From the NCBI RefSeq assembly GCF_006345805.1, contig NC_042998.1:204104001-204168000 (forward strand): a stretch of DNA of 64,000 bases, given 5' to 3'. Positions 40,396 to 55,038 of the stretch are shown here, one piece after another. Under the pieces are notes generated by a model. The model did not search any database. It was not told where the DNA came from and was given only the letters and a program-made list of their open reading frames with translations. How positions within the stretch are numbered: position 1 is the stretch's first letter; every line of letters begins with the position of its first letter. Source of the stretch: Octopus sinensis. Lineage: Eukaryota. The position numbers and the translations under genes are program-made.

Positions 40396-41114
40396 AAAAC
40401 ACTAAGGACAAAGTTGATTCTTTAGTTAAGTAATACGTAAAATGTTGCACAGTCGATAAAACCATATAAACGAAAGTTTGGGTGAATTGGTAGGAATTTC
40501 AAAGAACTGTATTCGATTGCTAAAGGATTTTGTGGTCAGGTTTGCCGGAGTGAAAGAAGGAAAACTGAGCTGACATTGTTTGAGAATCGTTGCTTCTTGT
40601 AGTCTAGAAAACCAAGATAATTATTGTTGTGTTTGGAGACTATGAATTAATGATGTTCTGTAGGTACGGAAGCAAGTGATAAACGAAATAAATGAGAAAT
40701 ACGCAGATGATTAAGTAAAACTGTACATTGTGGTTGGAATATGAATCATTCGAACGAAATTCGAGGAACAATGAAGACATTCAGAATCTACTGAGAAAGT
40801 CCGTAAATATTCCAATGTAGGACAAATTCCTCAGATAATATTTCTTCTAATGAGGGAAAACAAAAATTATCAGAAACGAAGATAAATTTATAATGAAATG
40901 TTTCCAGTGTCCGACGATCTTTTATCTTGTATTTGTTTTCGTCTGCGGCCATGCTGGGGCACCGCCTTGAAGAATTGTTAGTCGAATGGATCGACACTAG
41001 TACTTTTTTTTCAAGTCTGCTTCTTATTCTATCGGTTTCTTTTGCCGATCTGCTAATTTACAGGTACGTACACACACCAACACAGGTTTGTCAAGCGATA
41101 GTATGGAACAAAGA

Positions 41115-41153
<39 letters not shown>

Positions 41154-41964
41154 ACATAAATATATATGCGACGGGCTTCTTTCAGTTTCCGTCAACCAAA
41201 TCCACTCCAAGGCTTTGGTCGGTCCGAAGCTGCAGTAGATAACACTTGCCCAAGATGTCACGCAGAGGAACTGAACCCGGAACCATGTGGTTGGGAAGCT
41301 AACTTCATACGACGCAGCCACGCCTCTGACTGTGATAAGATTGTTATATTAGAGAAGATAAAACCTGACATAAACGAAAACGTTTTTATGTGGATTTCCC
41401 GAGTAAGGTCTAATATAATTGATGTTCTTATGATATCGCATTTAAAGATGGCGAGCTGGCATGATTGTTAGCACGCCGCCGGACGAAATGCTTAGCGGTA
41501 TTTCGCCCGTCGCTACGTTCTGTGTTCAAATTCTGCTGAGGTTGACTTTACCTTTCATTCTTTTGGGGTCGATAAATTAAGCACCAGTTGCGTACTGGGG
41601 TCAATGTAATCGACTGTCCCTCACCCCAAAGATTCAGGGCTTGTGCCTATAATAGAAAGGATTATGACATCGCATTGGAAACGGTGAGCTGGCAGAATCA
41701 TAGGCATATCGCACAAAATGTTTAGCGGCATTTCTTCCGCTTTTTTTTTTTTTTCACGTTCAGAGTTCGAATTCCTCGGAGGTGGACTTCAGAGGTCGAT
41801 AAAATAGTACCAATTGAACTTTGGTGGTGTCAGTTTAACCGACATACATCCTCCCACTAAAATTTCAAGCCCTCGGCCAAAATTCTTTATTGTTATGACA
41901 ACCAGTATTGCGGTGGGGGGCATAAAACTTATAACTGTTAAAACCAAACTGTTCATTTTCTTTT

Positions 41965-42450
41965 CTTTTATTAGCTTCAGCTCGAGAGCTGCGGTCATGC
42001 TGGAGCACTTCCGTTAACTTTGCTACATTTGAAATCTCCTCTCATACGTGGCATTTGGTGAATGGGGAAGTTTGATGCCGCTGCCCTCATCTGTATTTCC
42101 TGCCGCGAGGTAGGTTCATCCGGAACTCTTGACAGAAGAGGATTCAGTTCTGCTTTGAAGACACCTGCATCTACTCCATGCAGGTCTCTCAGGCTTTTTT
42201 GAGAGAATATTTTGAAACGCTCTGAGTCCTTGAAACTCAAGTTGTTGCAGTGTCTGGTTCCGATCCCTGATTGCAATGCTGGTGTCTTTGGCACTGCGCA
42301 GTTACACAAACACTTTTTCTGTTTGTTGAACTTTCAATGCCAAAGTCTGGTACAAGTCGTCCCAGGATTTTCATTGCAAATCTTTCCTGCCTTCGTTCTT
42401 GGGAGAAGAGTCTTAAGTGAACCCAACTCATATCAAATCATGTCTAGCTA
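41965..42450 (-). mobile_element. Second, more decayed copy of the CR1/L2-like LINE 3' fragment; its terminal stub also at ~63140-63182(-)
   Basis: LRLFSQERRQER..., DLHGVDAGVFKAELNPLLSRVPDEP, and the same 3' terminus. Confidence 0.85.
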
Positions 42451-42549
42451 GGGGACTGAGGTTGACTTTGGTTCTGTTTATTATTTCTGGAAGTACAAGA
42501 GCAGACACCATAAACTGAGAGAGAAAGGGAGAGAGAGAAAGAGACAATT

Positions 42550-42640
42550 AGACAGACAGTCAGACAGACAGACAGTCAGACAGACAGTCAGACAGACAGT
42601 CAGACAGACAGTCAGACAGACAGTCAGACAGACAGTCAGA
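42550..42640. repeat. GACAGACAGTCA 12-bp minisatellite, ~7 units
   Basis: Direct reading. Confidence 0.85.
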
Positions 42641-43185
42641 CACACACACACACATACACGCGAAGAGAAAAAGACGATAGTATAGAATTGGTTATAAAAC
42701 TGCTCAAATATTCAGTTTTAGCATTGTTTGATGTGTATGTTTTATGTGGAAGAATATTGTTTGTTTAATAAAAACATACGATATTTGTTCTATGTAATTC
42801 TGCAAATGTTTTGCAACATCTCACCCCATCTTCCTTACCACCTGGCTCAAGAAGTTATATTTTCTGTCGTTGTTTCATCGGATTAGTGAGAGCGTTGACA
42901 GTAAGAATTCTCTGTAGAAGTTTATTCCAAGAGTTGTTATTGACACGATTTTTATAAACATGAAAAAAAAGTTGGTACTGATATATTATTGTTGTTGTTG
43001 TTGTTAGATGAATTGTAAAAATGATAAATTGTGTTATTGAATTCCCCGAGGAAAAAGAAATATCTGTCGTTGACGATGTCTTAAATATGCCACAGATAAA
43101 ACATCACCAATGATGAGTTTTTATTGGCATTTTTTAGATTTTTTTTTAAAGAAGCCGAACATTATGAATTAATAGTTTTCTTGTC

Positions 43186-43560
43186 TCAAAACGAAGCCAA
43201 GTGCTGCGTGTATCTTTCCTTGAAGGCATTTCCAGTTAGTCTGAAAAAGAACTGATGTACAAGGTCAGTATCACTGACATGAATGGAACAAGAAAAACTT
43301 ACAATAACTAGGAGTACCTTCGAGAACAAAAGACATGCAACATCTTTATCCAGGATGGTATGGACTCTTAAAGAGTGAAACGTGGACAAATCCATATAAA
43401 TTGAAGCATCATAGCTAAGGCCACCAAATATAGGAGTCAGGACATGAAATGCGACCTATGTATTACTGAGAAATTAGATATCATAACATCAACAATGAAC
43501 ATTTTGAACATTAGGGAAGAAAACCTTTCCCTTTGAATGCACAGACAATAATCTAAACTT
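43186..43560. mobile_element. Penelope-like element relic (GIY-YIG endonuclease C-terminal region) in two opposite orientations
   Basis: Minus 43186-43270: LTGNAFKERYTQHLASF. Plus 43300-43550: TSLSRMVWTLKE...IIAKATKY....KCDLCITEKLDII...ILNIREE, matching PLE motifs FKxRYxxHxxSF and LSxxxWxLK...CxLCxxEK. Confidence 0.75.
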
Positions 43561-44081
43561 CGAAATTTCAGGGATGACCCATTACCGGCCTTGTCATATA
43601 TCCAGCCCGGGTACATCTTTGGATATCGATGATATGCATTATAGATATATACCCCAGGAACTCATGACTGAATTCTTAAATACACAAATGTTAACAAAAT
43701 ATCCATAACACATATTCATGATATCACACGCGTCACAAAAATACAGGCACAATAAAATTCAGTTTTATGGAGAAATTTTGCGTTCGAAACCTGTGAAACC
43801 CTATAATTCCAGGGTTACTTCAAAGGAGATAACAATTAAGAAAGCCTAATAAATCACCTCCCCTTATCTGTGTATTTTAAAGTCCTGCATAGACTGGTGT
43901 AACCTCATGTACTCTCATCCAAAATGGACAAATACTAGCATTATCAAGTAGATCACATGAAGAATTGCGATTTTCCGCTTGAAACCATTGGTTGCTTTGT
44001 TAAACTGTAAATAGATAATACTTATCACCCAATAAAATGTAGAGAACTCAATCTCACTGTTGCATACTATTGTGCATGCAA

Positions 44082-44137
<56 letters not shown>

Positions 44138-44488
44138 CATACATACATACATAATAATTATTTGAGAGAATATTATTCCAAACTTACAGGGAAAAATTCA
44201 ATTTAGAAATACTAAATCAAATTTCACAAAATATAATATATATATAAATGAGTGGCTATATTTATATTGAAGTGATTTTACTACTACTACTAATATTTTT
44301 ACTATAATAATTTCTTAAGTATAGCCACGAAACACGTGTCGTTATACCAAATATATACGTTTTACTTATTATTTTGCACATCGGTATATATTTTTTTATC
44401 TTATATTTAATATTTCTATTATATGTAATTTTCTAGATGGTGTAATCTAATTTTTCATTTTGAATTGATAAAAGGTGTTTTTTTCTAA

Positions 44489-44530
<42 letters not shown>

Positions 44531-45309
44531 TACACGCAAATAGATGAATAGATCATAAGCAAAAATATTGATAGATTGATAGCTAGAAAGTTTGTTGAAT
44601 TCCAGGGGAAGGCTAATGCTTATAATTTTATTTAAAGATAAAGTGTGAACACATTTCAGAACACAGACATCGGCACCGCATCTACCAACGGACCAGACAC
44701 CGACTGTTATTATTTTAACCGGCCATAAAGTTGAACGTCCACTTCTGGCTGTCAGTCATCGTAGCAGCATCTTCAAGAGTGTATGAGTGTATTATTAGCT
44801 GGATGAACGAGGAATATAAACAACGGGAACATTTTCTAAATGAAATAATTATATATGTATACTCCATGCGTCTTCTTCGAGTTAAAAGCCAAGCTTGTAA
44901 TCCCGCCAACATTTATCTAGAAGCAATTATCTTCCTTCCAGTAATTTGACCGCTAAGGCACACCACGTAATGAAATGTTTCTAGGAAACATTACCTGGTT
45001 CTTAAACTCCCGCTACATTACAGACCATATTTAATTTGCAGTGATAAGATGGCTACTTTGTGGTATCTGGGGTGAATATTGTTTCAGAAAATAATCATCC
45101 GTTTGGGTTCCCTTTGTACAACTGTTGAACAGCATCTGAAAGATACTAAAGAACTGAACAGAATGGAAATGCTATCATAGATTTGGGAAACGAGAATTAA
45201 AACAAATGGAGATCGTTGATTTACAGAAGAAAACAGATCGTTTGATTTGCCATCAAATGTTCAAAATGGAAATGGAAAATATACGGAGGCAGTAAATACA
45301 AAAAACAAA

Positions 45310-45740
45310 TGAGTATTAGTTGCTCATTCATAGTCAGGAGTTAAGATATCAGAGACAGACCCTAACACCAGAACAGTGTAACTAAGTGAAAAATAATAAA
45401 TTTAGAAGGAATCAGGGGGATAAGGGGATCGAGGTGTGGTGGCTAAAGTAGTAGACAATGTAATCTGTAAATTGATGGTCATGACGATAATCATATCGTG
45501 ATGAGGAGGTATACTCGGCCGTAATATAAAAGAATACTGGTGGAGTGTTACTATGAAAATCTCATTGAAACGTAATTCTAGCAGACCAGACATAATGATC
45601 GGGGACTAAAGAAAAAACAGAACTATACATAGTAACTGAAAACAGTTGTCCAGAAGATGATAGCATTATGTAAGAAATTGTTGAAAAGCTAAACATCCAT
45701 AGCAGCGATTAATGAGAAATATGCAGGTAGCCTCTGCAGA
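45310..45740 (+). mobile_element. Very old R4/Dong-like relic
   Basis: VVAKVVDNVICK...KEYWWSVTMK...SRPDIMIGD...VTENSCPED parallels the RLE motifs of the 15243 copy. Confidence 0.6.
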
Positions 45741-47614
45741 CTCGAGATTCAGCTCTTTAGGCGAGGGTCAGCTGCAAAAGTTCATTGGCTGATCAAGATA
45801 CTCTCGTGCAATGTGACCAAATGAACGATCAACATAGCAATCGGTGTCTCGTCTGTTGGTGCATGCGATGCCGACATGTGTTCTTCTAGAGTTATTTGAT
45901 CACACTTTATCGTGAAATAAAATTATAAGCATCAACCTTCCCTTAAATTCAACAAACGTTGCTGGTTGGGCTATTGTTGTTATTAAATAATAATTCAGAT
46001 GAGTGTTTTTTGACCATTTTTTTTTTACTACAGACCCCTTTGGATCCTTTTAAATTTTACTGGACCTCCGTAACCATCATCATCATCATCATTGTTCGAC
46101 CGTGGTCGAGACTTTCATAGTCTTTTCAAATGGCTAATAATGTGTGCGCGCGCCACTACTACACACATTGGAAAGCATTGTACAACCAAGCACTGAAGAA
46201 GATCTTTCCTCCTCCATGAAACAAAGCTGTTCCCGCTGGACGTCAACCCAGTATTTCTAAGCTACGGACCCAGTGATTTATTGTAAGGTTATCTCCCTAG
46301 ATAGATTGCCTTCACTACAAGGAGCCCTTTCCGTAACCATTCGCTGTACATAAAATAAAAAACTTACTGCATTTTTAGGATTAAATAGTACAAGGAATTG
46401 TATTAATTATCAAAATAATTTGTGTATTGTAGAAGCATAACCAATTTTATTGCAGATGAATTTTAAGGACAAAATCTTATTCGGACCCTCAGGGGCCATA
46501 CGCACCCCGGTTCAGAAACCCTGATTTCGATATCCGAGCAGCTTTTGTTACTTCTTCCATACCAATACAATTGTCGTTTTTCTCAAATACAATGACTCAC
46601 ACAATCTATATTTAATACATGTCTTATTTTTTTTATCTTTTACTTGTTTCAGTCATTATACTGTGGCCATGCTGGGGCATCACCTTGAATGGATTTAGTC
46701 GGACAAATCCATCCCAGGACTTTATTTTTATTTTTATTTTTTAATCTGGTACTTACTCTGTCAGTCTCTTTTGCCGAACCACTAAGTTACGACGACGTAA
46801 ACACACCAATAACGTTATCAAGCGGTGATGGTGGGGGGGGGCAAACATAGATACAAAGACACGCGCACAGAAATATATGAATATATACGACGGGATTCAT
46901 TCAGTTTCCGCCTACCAAATGCACTCGCAAAGCTTTATTCGACCCAGGGCTATAATAGAAGACAGTTGCTCAAGGTGTCACGCAGTGGGACTGAACCCGT
47001 AACCATGTGATTGGGAAGCAAGCTTCTTACCACACAGACACGCTTGCGCCTATTTCTCGCCTATATACAAGCTAGAAATATAAATATATAGACGTTGGAG
47101 TTTTCCCTAAAATGACGTATTTTTTCCTTGGCTGCCAGACTTGTTTTTTGCCATGAGAATCCCGTCTGTTATTCTCACATGTCAGCGTGACCTTGCATAC
47201 TTCACTTAACGGTACACGTGACTGACTTAACACCATCTACAAGTATTTCACTATTAGGCTCCCATTATGACTCCCACCGCCCACAACTTTGATAAAGTAT
47301 GTCAGAAGTGATAAAAGTTTTACTGCTGGTTTGATTGTTTTGCTTCCGGGTGTCATAATTGCTTAACAAGCACCAGGCAATTATGGCGAAAAAAGCCTTC
47401 TTCTCGTTCCAAATCATAGAACATCAAAATATTCTTGAGATCCTTTTCATTGTGAAACGGTTTCTTTCTTTAGCGAGACATTGTTTTCTTTTTTCCCTTG
47501 GAACACAGCTTGGGAGTTTGTGTCCTGCATGCGCAGAAGGCCCGTTCGTTGAAGCAGATTCTTTGCAGGTTTCTTTTGCATTCAAAGATTTGAGTTCATG
47601 ATTTGAATTTTAAT

Positions 47615-48759
47615 GTACGTACGTACGTATGTAAGTATGTATGTATGTGTGTATGTATGTATGTATGTTTGTATGTATGTATGTATGTATGTATGTATGT
47701 TTGTATGTATGTATATATGTATGTATGTATGTATGCATGCATGCATGTATGTATGTATGTATGTATGTATATATGTATGTATGTGTGTATGTATGTATGT
47801 ATGTATGTATGTGTGTATGTATGTATGTATGCATGTAAGTATGTATGTATGTATGCATGTATGTATGTATGTGTGTATGTATGTATGTATGTATGTGTGT
47901 ATGTATGTATGTATGTATGTGTGTATGTATGTATGTATGTATGTATGTGTATGTATGTATGCATGCATGTATGTATGTATGATGTATGTATTATGTGTGT
48001 ATGTATGTATGTATGTATGTATGTATGTAGTGTGTGGTATGTATGTATTATGTATGTGGGGGTATGTATGTATGTATGTATGTATGTATGATGTATGCAT
48101 GTATGTATGTATGTATGTATGTATGGTAGTATGTATGTAGTATGCATGCATGCATGTATGTATGTATGTATGTATGTATATGTGTGTATATGTATGTATG
48201 TATGTATGCATGTATGCTGTATGTATGTATGCATGTATGTATGTATGTATGTATGTATGTATGTGTGTATGCATGTATGTATGTATGTGTGGTATGTATG
48301 TATGTATGTATGTATGTATGTATGTGTGTATGTATGTGGTATGTATGTATGTATGTGTGTATGTATGTATGCATGCATGTATGTATGTATGCATGTATGT
48401 ATGTATGTGTGTATGTATGTATGTATGTATGTATGTATGTATGTATGTATGTATGTATGTGTGTATTGTATGTATGTATTGGTATGTATGTATGTATGTA
48501 TGTAGTATGGATGTATGTATGTATGTATGTATGCATGTATGCATGTATGTATGTATGTTATGGATGTATGTGTGGATGTATGTATGTATGTATTATGTAT
48601 GAGTATGTGTTAGGTATGTATGTATGTATGTGTGTATGTAGTATGTATGTGTTGTATGTATGTATGTATGTATGTATGTATGTATGTATGTATGTATGCA
48701 GTATGCATGTAGTATGATATGTATGTATGTATGTATGTATGGTGTATGATGTATGTATG

Positions 48760-48793
<34 letters not shown>

Positions 48794-50890
48794 TGCATGT
48801 ATGCATGTATGCATGTATGTATGTATGTATGTATGTATGTATGTATGTATGTGTGTATGTATGTATGTATGTATGTGTGTATGTATGTATGTATGTTGTA
48901 TGTATGTATGCATGCATGTATATATGTATGCATGTATGTATGTATGTGTGTATGTATGTATGTATGTATGTATGTATGTATGTATGTGTGTATGTATGTA
49001 TGTATGTGTGTATGTATGTATGTATGTATGCATGTATGCATGTATGTATGTATGTATGTATGTATGTATGTATGTGTGTATGTATGTATGCATGCATGTA
49101 TGTATGTATGCATGTATGTATGTATGTGTGTATGTATGTATGTATGTATGTATGTATGTATGTGTGTATGTATGTATGTATGTATGTATGTGTGTATGTA
49201 TGTATGTATGTGTGTATGTATGAATGTATGTATGTATGTATGTGTGTATGTATGTATGTGTGTATGTATGTATGTATGTATGTATGTATGTATGTATGTG
49301 TTGTGTATTATGTATGTATGTATGTATGTATGTATGCATGCTATGTGTGATGTATTTATGTATGTATGTATGTAGTATGCATGTATGTATGATGTATGTA
49401 TGTATGCATATATGTATGTACGTATGTATGCATGTTGTATGATGTATGCATATATGTATTATGTATGTATGCATGTTGTATGCATGTATGTATGTATGCA
49501 TATAGATGTATGTATGTATGCATGTATGTATGTATGTATGTATGTGTGTGTGTATGTATGTATGTATGTATGTATGTATGTATGTATGCATGTATGCATG
49601 TATGTATGTATGTATGTATGTATGTATGTATGTATGTATGTATGCATGCATGTATGTATGTATGTATGTATGTATGTATGTATGATGTATGTGTGGATGT
49701 ATGTATGTATGTATGCATGTATGCATGTATGTATGTATGTTGCCATGTATGTATGTATGTATGTATGTATGTATGTTGTATGCATGTATGTATGTATGTG
49801 GTATGTAGTATGTATGTATGTATGTATGTATGTATGTATGTGTGTATGTATGTATGTATGTATGTATGTATGTATGTGTGTATGTATATGTAGTATGCAT
49901 GCATGTATGTATGTATGCATGTATGTATGTATTGTGTATGTATGTATGTATGTATGTCTGTATGTATGTATTATGTATGTGTTGTATGTATGTATGTGTG
50001 TATGTGTATGTATGTATGTATGTATGTATGTATGCATGTATGCATGTATGTATGTATGTATGTATGTATGTATGTATGTATGTATGTGTGTATGTATGTA
50101 TGTATGTATATATGTATGTAGTGTGTATTGTATGTATGTATGTATGTATGTTGTGTATGTATGTATGTATGGTGTATGTATGTATGTATGTATGATGTAT
50201 GTATGCATGTATGCATGTATGTATGTATGTATGTATGTATGTATGTGTGTATGTATGTATGTATGTATGTATGTATGTATGTATGTATGTATGTATGCAT
50301 GTATGCATGTATGCATGTATGTATGTATGTATGTATGTATGTATTGTATGTGTGCATGTATGTATGTATGTATGTGTGTATGTATGTATGTGTGTATGTA
50401 TGTATACATGCATGTATGTATGTATGCATGTATGTATGTATGTGTGTATGTATGTATGTATGTATGTATGTATGTATGTATGTATGTGTGTATGTATTGT
50501 ATGTATGTGTGTATGTATGTATGTATGTATGCATGTATGTATGTATGTGTGTGGTATGTATGTATGTATGTATGTATGTGTGTATGTATGTATGTATGTA
50601 TGTATGTGTGTGTATGTGTAGTATGTGGTATGTATGAATGTATGTATGGTGTATGTGTGTATGTATGTATGTATGTATGTATGTATGTGTGTATGTATGA
50701 ATGTATGTATGTATGTATGTATGTATGTATGCTGTATGTATTTATGTGTGTGTATGTATGTATGTATGTATGTATGTATGTATGTATGTATGTATGCATG
50801 TATGTATGTATGTATGTATGCATATATGTATGTATGTATGTATGCATGTATGTATGTATGTATGTATGTGTGTGTGTGTATGTATGTATG
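47615..50890. repeat. (TATG)n array, ~3.3 kb, with TGTG/CATG variants and many single-base indels
   Basis: Direct reading; source of the HTYI/MYVC ORFs up to 789 aa. Confidence 0.97.
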
Positions 50891-50914
50891 TATTAGGTGT
50901 GTGTGTGTGGTGTG

Positions 50915-50945
<31 letters not shown>

Positions 50946-50954
50946 TGTGTGTGT

Positions 50955-51712
50955 AAAGGCACATGGCTCAGTGGTTAGAGCATTGAGCTTACGATCGTGA
51001 GGTTGTGAATTCGATTCTCGGACCGGGCTGCGTGTTCTGTTCTTGAGCAAGACACTTTATTTCACGTTGCTCCAGTTCCCTCAGCTGTAGAAATGAGTTG
51101 CGACGTCACAGGTGCCAAGCTGCATCGGCATCTTTGCCTTTCCCTTGGATAACATCGGTGGCGTGGAGAGGGGAGGCCGGTATGCATGGGCGACTGCTGG
51201 TCTTCCATAAAGCAACCTTGCCCGGACTTGTGCCTCGAAGGGGAACTCTCTAGGTGCAATCCCATGGTCTCTTTTACTCTTTTACTCGTTTCAGTCATTA
51301 TTTGACTGCGGCCATGCTGGAGCACCGCCTTTAGTCGAGGAAATCGACCCCAGGACTTATTCTTTGTAAGCCGAGTACTTATTCTATCGGTCTCTTTTGC
51401 CGAACCGCTAAGTTACGGGGACGTAAACGCACCAGCATCAGCTGTCAAGTGATGTTGGGGGTGGGGACAAACAAGGATACACAAACACACACACACATAT
51501 ATATACATATATATGTCCATATATACGACGGGCTTCTTTCAGTTTCCGTCTACCAAATCCACTCACAAGGCTTTGGTCGGCCCGAGGCTTTAGTAGAAGA
51601 CACTTGCCCAAGGTGCCACGCAGTGGGACTGAACCCAGAACCATGTGTTTGGAAAGCAAGCTACTTACCACACAGCCACTCCTGCGTCATTCATGACCGA
51701 AGGGGGTCTCAA
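50955..51712 (+). mobile_element. SINE family D head with tail 3, split by a SINE-A (51270-51686, minus)
   Basis: The host reads ...GCAATCCCATGGTC, then the SINE-A, then GTCATTCATGACCGAAGGGGGTC. Confidence 0.75.
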
Positions 51713-52029
51713 ATGCCCCTCCCTCCCATTCCTATCCAACCTGCAGGTCTGACCCCTGCTTCATTCACCCCCTTATCGAGTTGTCTTCGCCCCCACCCCT
51801 AACCTCTCGCTTTACTGATTCTTCTCTTCATGTATTTTCTTACTTCTTTTAGTAATTTGACTGCGGCCTTGCTGGAGCACCACCTTAATGGGTTTTAGTC
51901 GAACAAATCGACCCAGGAAACTTAATCTTTGTTTGCCTGGTACTTATTCTATAGGTCTCTTATGCCGAACCGCTAAGTTACGGCGACGGAAACACACTAA
52001 TAACGGTTGTCACGCGATGGGACGGGGAG

Positions 52030-52246
52030 ATAAACTGAGTCATTCACAAAGAAACAGTGTGTAACTTTGGTATTTATGTTTCCTTGTGAACCAGGGAGAT
52101 ATCCTTCAGACTTCCTTAACATGAATAACAAGGGGTTTTCAGAAAGTATAAACAGCATCACAGGGCGGTTGTCTCCTTGGAATATGCCTTTGCGATATTG
52201 GATTCTATCGGTGATAAAACAGGCACTCTTTGTGTTTAAATTCAAG
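52030..52246 (-). mobile_element. RT-domain fragment of an R4/R2-like RLE retrotransposon, abutting (CATA)n at its 5' side
   Basis: IQYRKGIFQGDNRPVMLFILSENPLLFMLRKSEGY...VTHCFFVND is a degenerate GIFQGDxLS / HxxFxDD motif pair. Confidence 0.85.
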
Positions 52247-53655
52247 ATGTATGTATGTATGTATGTATGTATGTATTTTTTGTATGGTGTATGTTATGTA
52301 TGTGGTTATGGAGTGTGTGGTATGTGTGTGTGTGTATGTATGTATGTATGTATGTAGATGTCTGTATGTATGTCTGTATGTATGTATGTATGTATGTATG
52401 TATGTTGTATGTATGTATGTATGTATGTAGTATGTATGGATGTGTGTATGTATGTATGTATGTATGTATGTATGTATGTATGTAGTATGTATGTATGCAT
52501 GCACATGTAGAGTATTGTATGTATGTATGTATGTATGTATGTAGGCATGCATGAAGTATGTATGTATGTCTGATGTATGATGTTGTATGTGTGTATGTCG
52601 TATGTATGTATGGATGTATGTATGTATTGTATGTATGCATGCATGCATGATGTAGTATGTATGTATGTATGTATGTATGTATGTATGTATATATGATGCA
52701 TGCATGCATGTATGTATGTATGTATGTATGTATGTATGTAGGTATGTATGCATGCATGTAGTATGTATGTCTGTTATGTATGTATGTATGTATAGCATGC
52801 ATGCATGCATGTAGGTAGGTATGTATGTATGTATGTATGTATGTATGTATGTATGCATGGCATGGTGTATGTATGTATGTATGTATGTATGGATGTATGT
52901 ATGTATGTATGTATGTATGTATGTTTGGATGTATTGTATGTATGTATGTATGTATGTATTGTAGTGTGTATGTATGTTGTAGTATGTATGTATGTATGTA
53001 TGATGTATGATGTATGCATGCATGTATGTATGTATGTATATGTATGTATGGATGTATGTATGTATGCATGCATGCATGTATGTATGTATGTAGGTATGTA
53101 GTGTATGTGTGGTGTATGTATGTATGTATGTATGTATGTATGTATGCATGCATGCATGCATGTATGTAGGTGTGTATGTATTTATGTATATTATGTATGT
53201 CTATATGCATGCATGCATGCATGTAGTATGTAGTATTGTATGTATGTATGTATGTATGCATGCATGTCTGTATGTTGTATGTATGTATGTATGTATGTAG
53301 GTATGTATGTATGTATGTATGTATATATGCATGCATGGATGAATGTAGGTTGTATGTATGTATGTATGTATGTATGTTGTATGTATGTATGTATGTATGT
53401 ATGTAGTATATAGTATGTATGTATGTATTTATGTATGTATGTATGTATGTATGTATGTATGTATGTATGCATGAATGTATGTATGTGTATGTATGAGTAT
53501 GTATGTATGTATGATGTAGTATGTATATAGTGCATGCATGCATGCATGTAGTATGTATAGGTATGTATGTATTGTAGGTATGTATGTATTTATGTATGCA
53601 TGCAATGTATGTATGTATGTATGTATGTATGTATGTATGTATGTATGTATGTATG
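52247..53655. repeat. (TATG)n array, ~1.4 kb, CATG-rich
   Basis: Direct reading. Confidence 0.97.
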
Positions 53656-53835
53656 TGCGTTCGTATGTATTTATGTAAGCTTTTGTTTGAGTTTTAAGTC
53701 CTTAAGGAAGTTCAAGCCGGTCGCTAACGAAGCGACAAGACTTTCTGAGTCAAGAGAGTTTACAGAATTTGTAAACATATGATTGAAGTAGTTTGTTGGT
53801 TGAACTGTTGATGCATACACGCAAAGTCTTGGTTT

Positions 53836-54100
53836 AGTTTGAAAGTCCCTGGGCTTTATTTCGATAGTCTCGCGACCAGATGTACCACTTGCAGACTTCC
53901 ATCTCTTCCCCAAAATGAAAATGCAGCTGAAAGGTCACCGTTTTAATACCGTTGTCGAAATCCAGAGTGAACCGCAGAAGGTTCTCGACTCGCTTACGGA
54001 GAACGACTTCCAGGATGGATTCCAAAAGTGGCAAGAACTCTGGGACCGGGGTATTGTTGCAAAAGCTGACTATTTCGTAGGAGACGATGTTAAAACTTAG
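53836..54100 (+). mobile_element. Internally deleted mariner relic (transposase C-terminus)
   Basis: PDVPLADFHLFPKMKMQLKGHRF...FQDGFQKWQELWDRGIVAKADYF matches SPDLAPxDxHLF...GxRF...RWxxCIxxxGxYF. Confidence 0.85.
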
Positions 54101-54930
54101 GTAAACTATAGGCGCAGGAGTGGCTGTGTGGTAAGTAGCTTGCTTACCAACCACATGGTTCCGGGTTCAGTCCCACTGTGTGGCACCTTGGGCAAGCGTC
54201 TTCTGACCAAAGCCTTGTGAGTGGATTTGGTAGACGGAAACTGAAAGAAGCCCGTCGTATATATGTATGTATGTGTGTATGTATGTATGTGTGTATATAT
54301 GTTCGTGTGTCTGTGTTTGTCACCCCAACATCGCTTGACAACCGATGGTGGTGTGTTTACGTCCCCGTCAAATAGCGGTTCGGCAAAAGAGACCGATAGA
54401 ATAAGTACTGGGCTTACAAAAAGAATAAGTCCTGGGGTCGATCTGCTCGACTAAAGGTGGTGCTCCAGCATGGCCGCAGTCAAATGACTGAAACACGTAA
54501 AAGAGTAAAAGAGTAAACAAGTTATTTCTTTTACCAAGCATGACCAATCCGGGAATTCCTTGATACCATCTCGTGTAGCGGTCTTCTTCGTGGTTTTTAT
54601 TTCATTGTTTGATTACTGCTACGATCTTTTCAAAAATGATTGTTTCTTTGCATCTACTCAAAGAAGATAACCATTCCTTTTGCCAGGCTTGTATTAATGG
54701 CAGAAATTATAAGGAATAATATTCATTATCCGGAAGAATGAATACTCCTCTATGTCAACGTGTCTCTACTCGACGTTAGATGATATGACAGGATATGTGT
54801 GTATGTATGTATGTATGTATGTGTATGTGTGTATGTATGTATGTATGTATGTATGTATGTATGTGTGTGTATGTATGTATTTATGTATGTATGTATGTAT
54901 GCATGCATGTATGTATGTATGTATGTATGT

Positions 54931-55038
54931 CATTATTCAGTTTATTTCAAGATTTCTTGCCAATAGAGAAAGAACCGGTTTCTAACCCAGACCCAAGGTT
55001 CCTTCATTGGAATTTCAACATCAAGAACAATGTATTTT
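54931..55038 (-). mobile_element. Unassigned 108-bp retroposon-like 3' end between two (TATG)n tracts
   Basis: Minus strand ends ...TTGAAATAAACTGAATAATGA(CATA)n; TATG repeats on both sides. Confidence 0.5.

Noticed and set aside
46190-46235. Hammerhead-like CTGAAGA...GAAAC
   Set aside because: Stem II and stem I cannot form.
47582-53547. Long ORFs (up to 789 aa) of HTYI/MYVC repeats, likewise at 22439-23222 and 34409-35357
   Set aside because: Translations of (CATA)n/(TATG)n, which lack stop codons in most frames; no coding signal.
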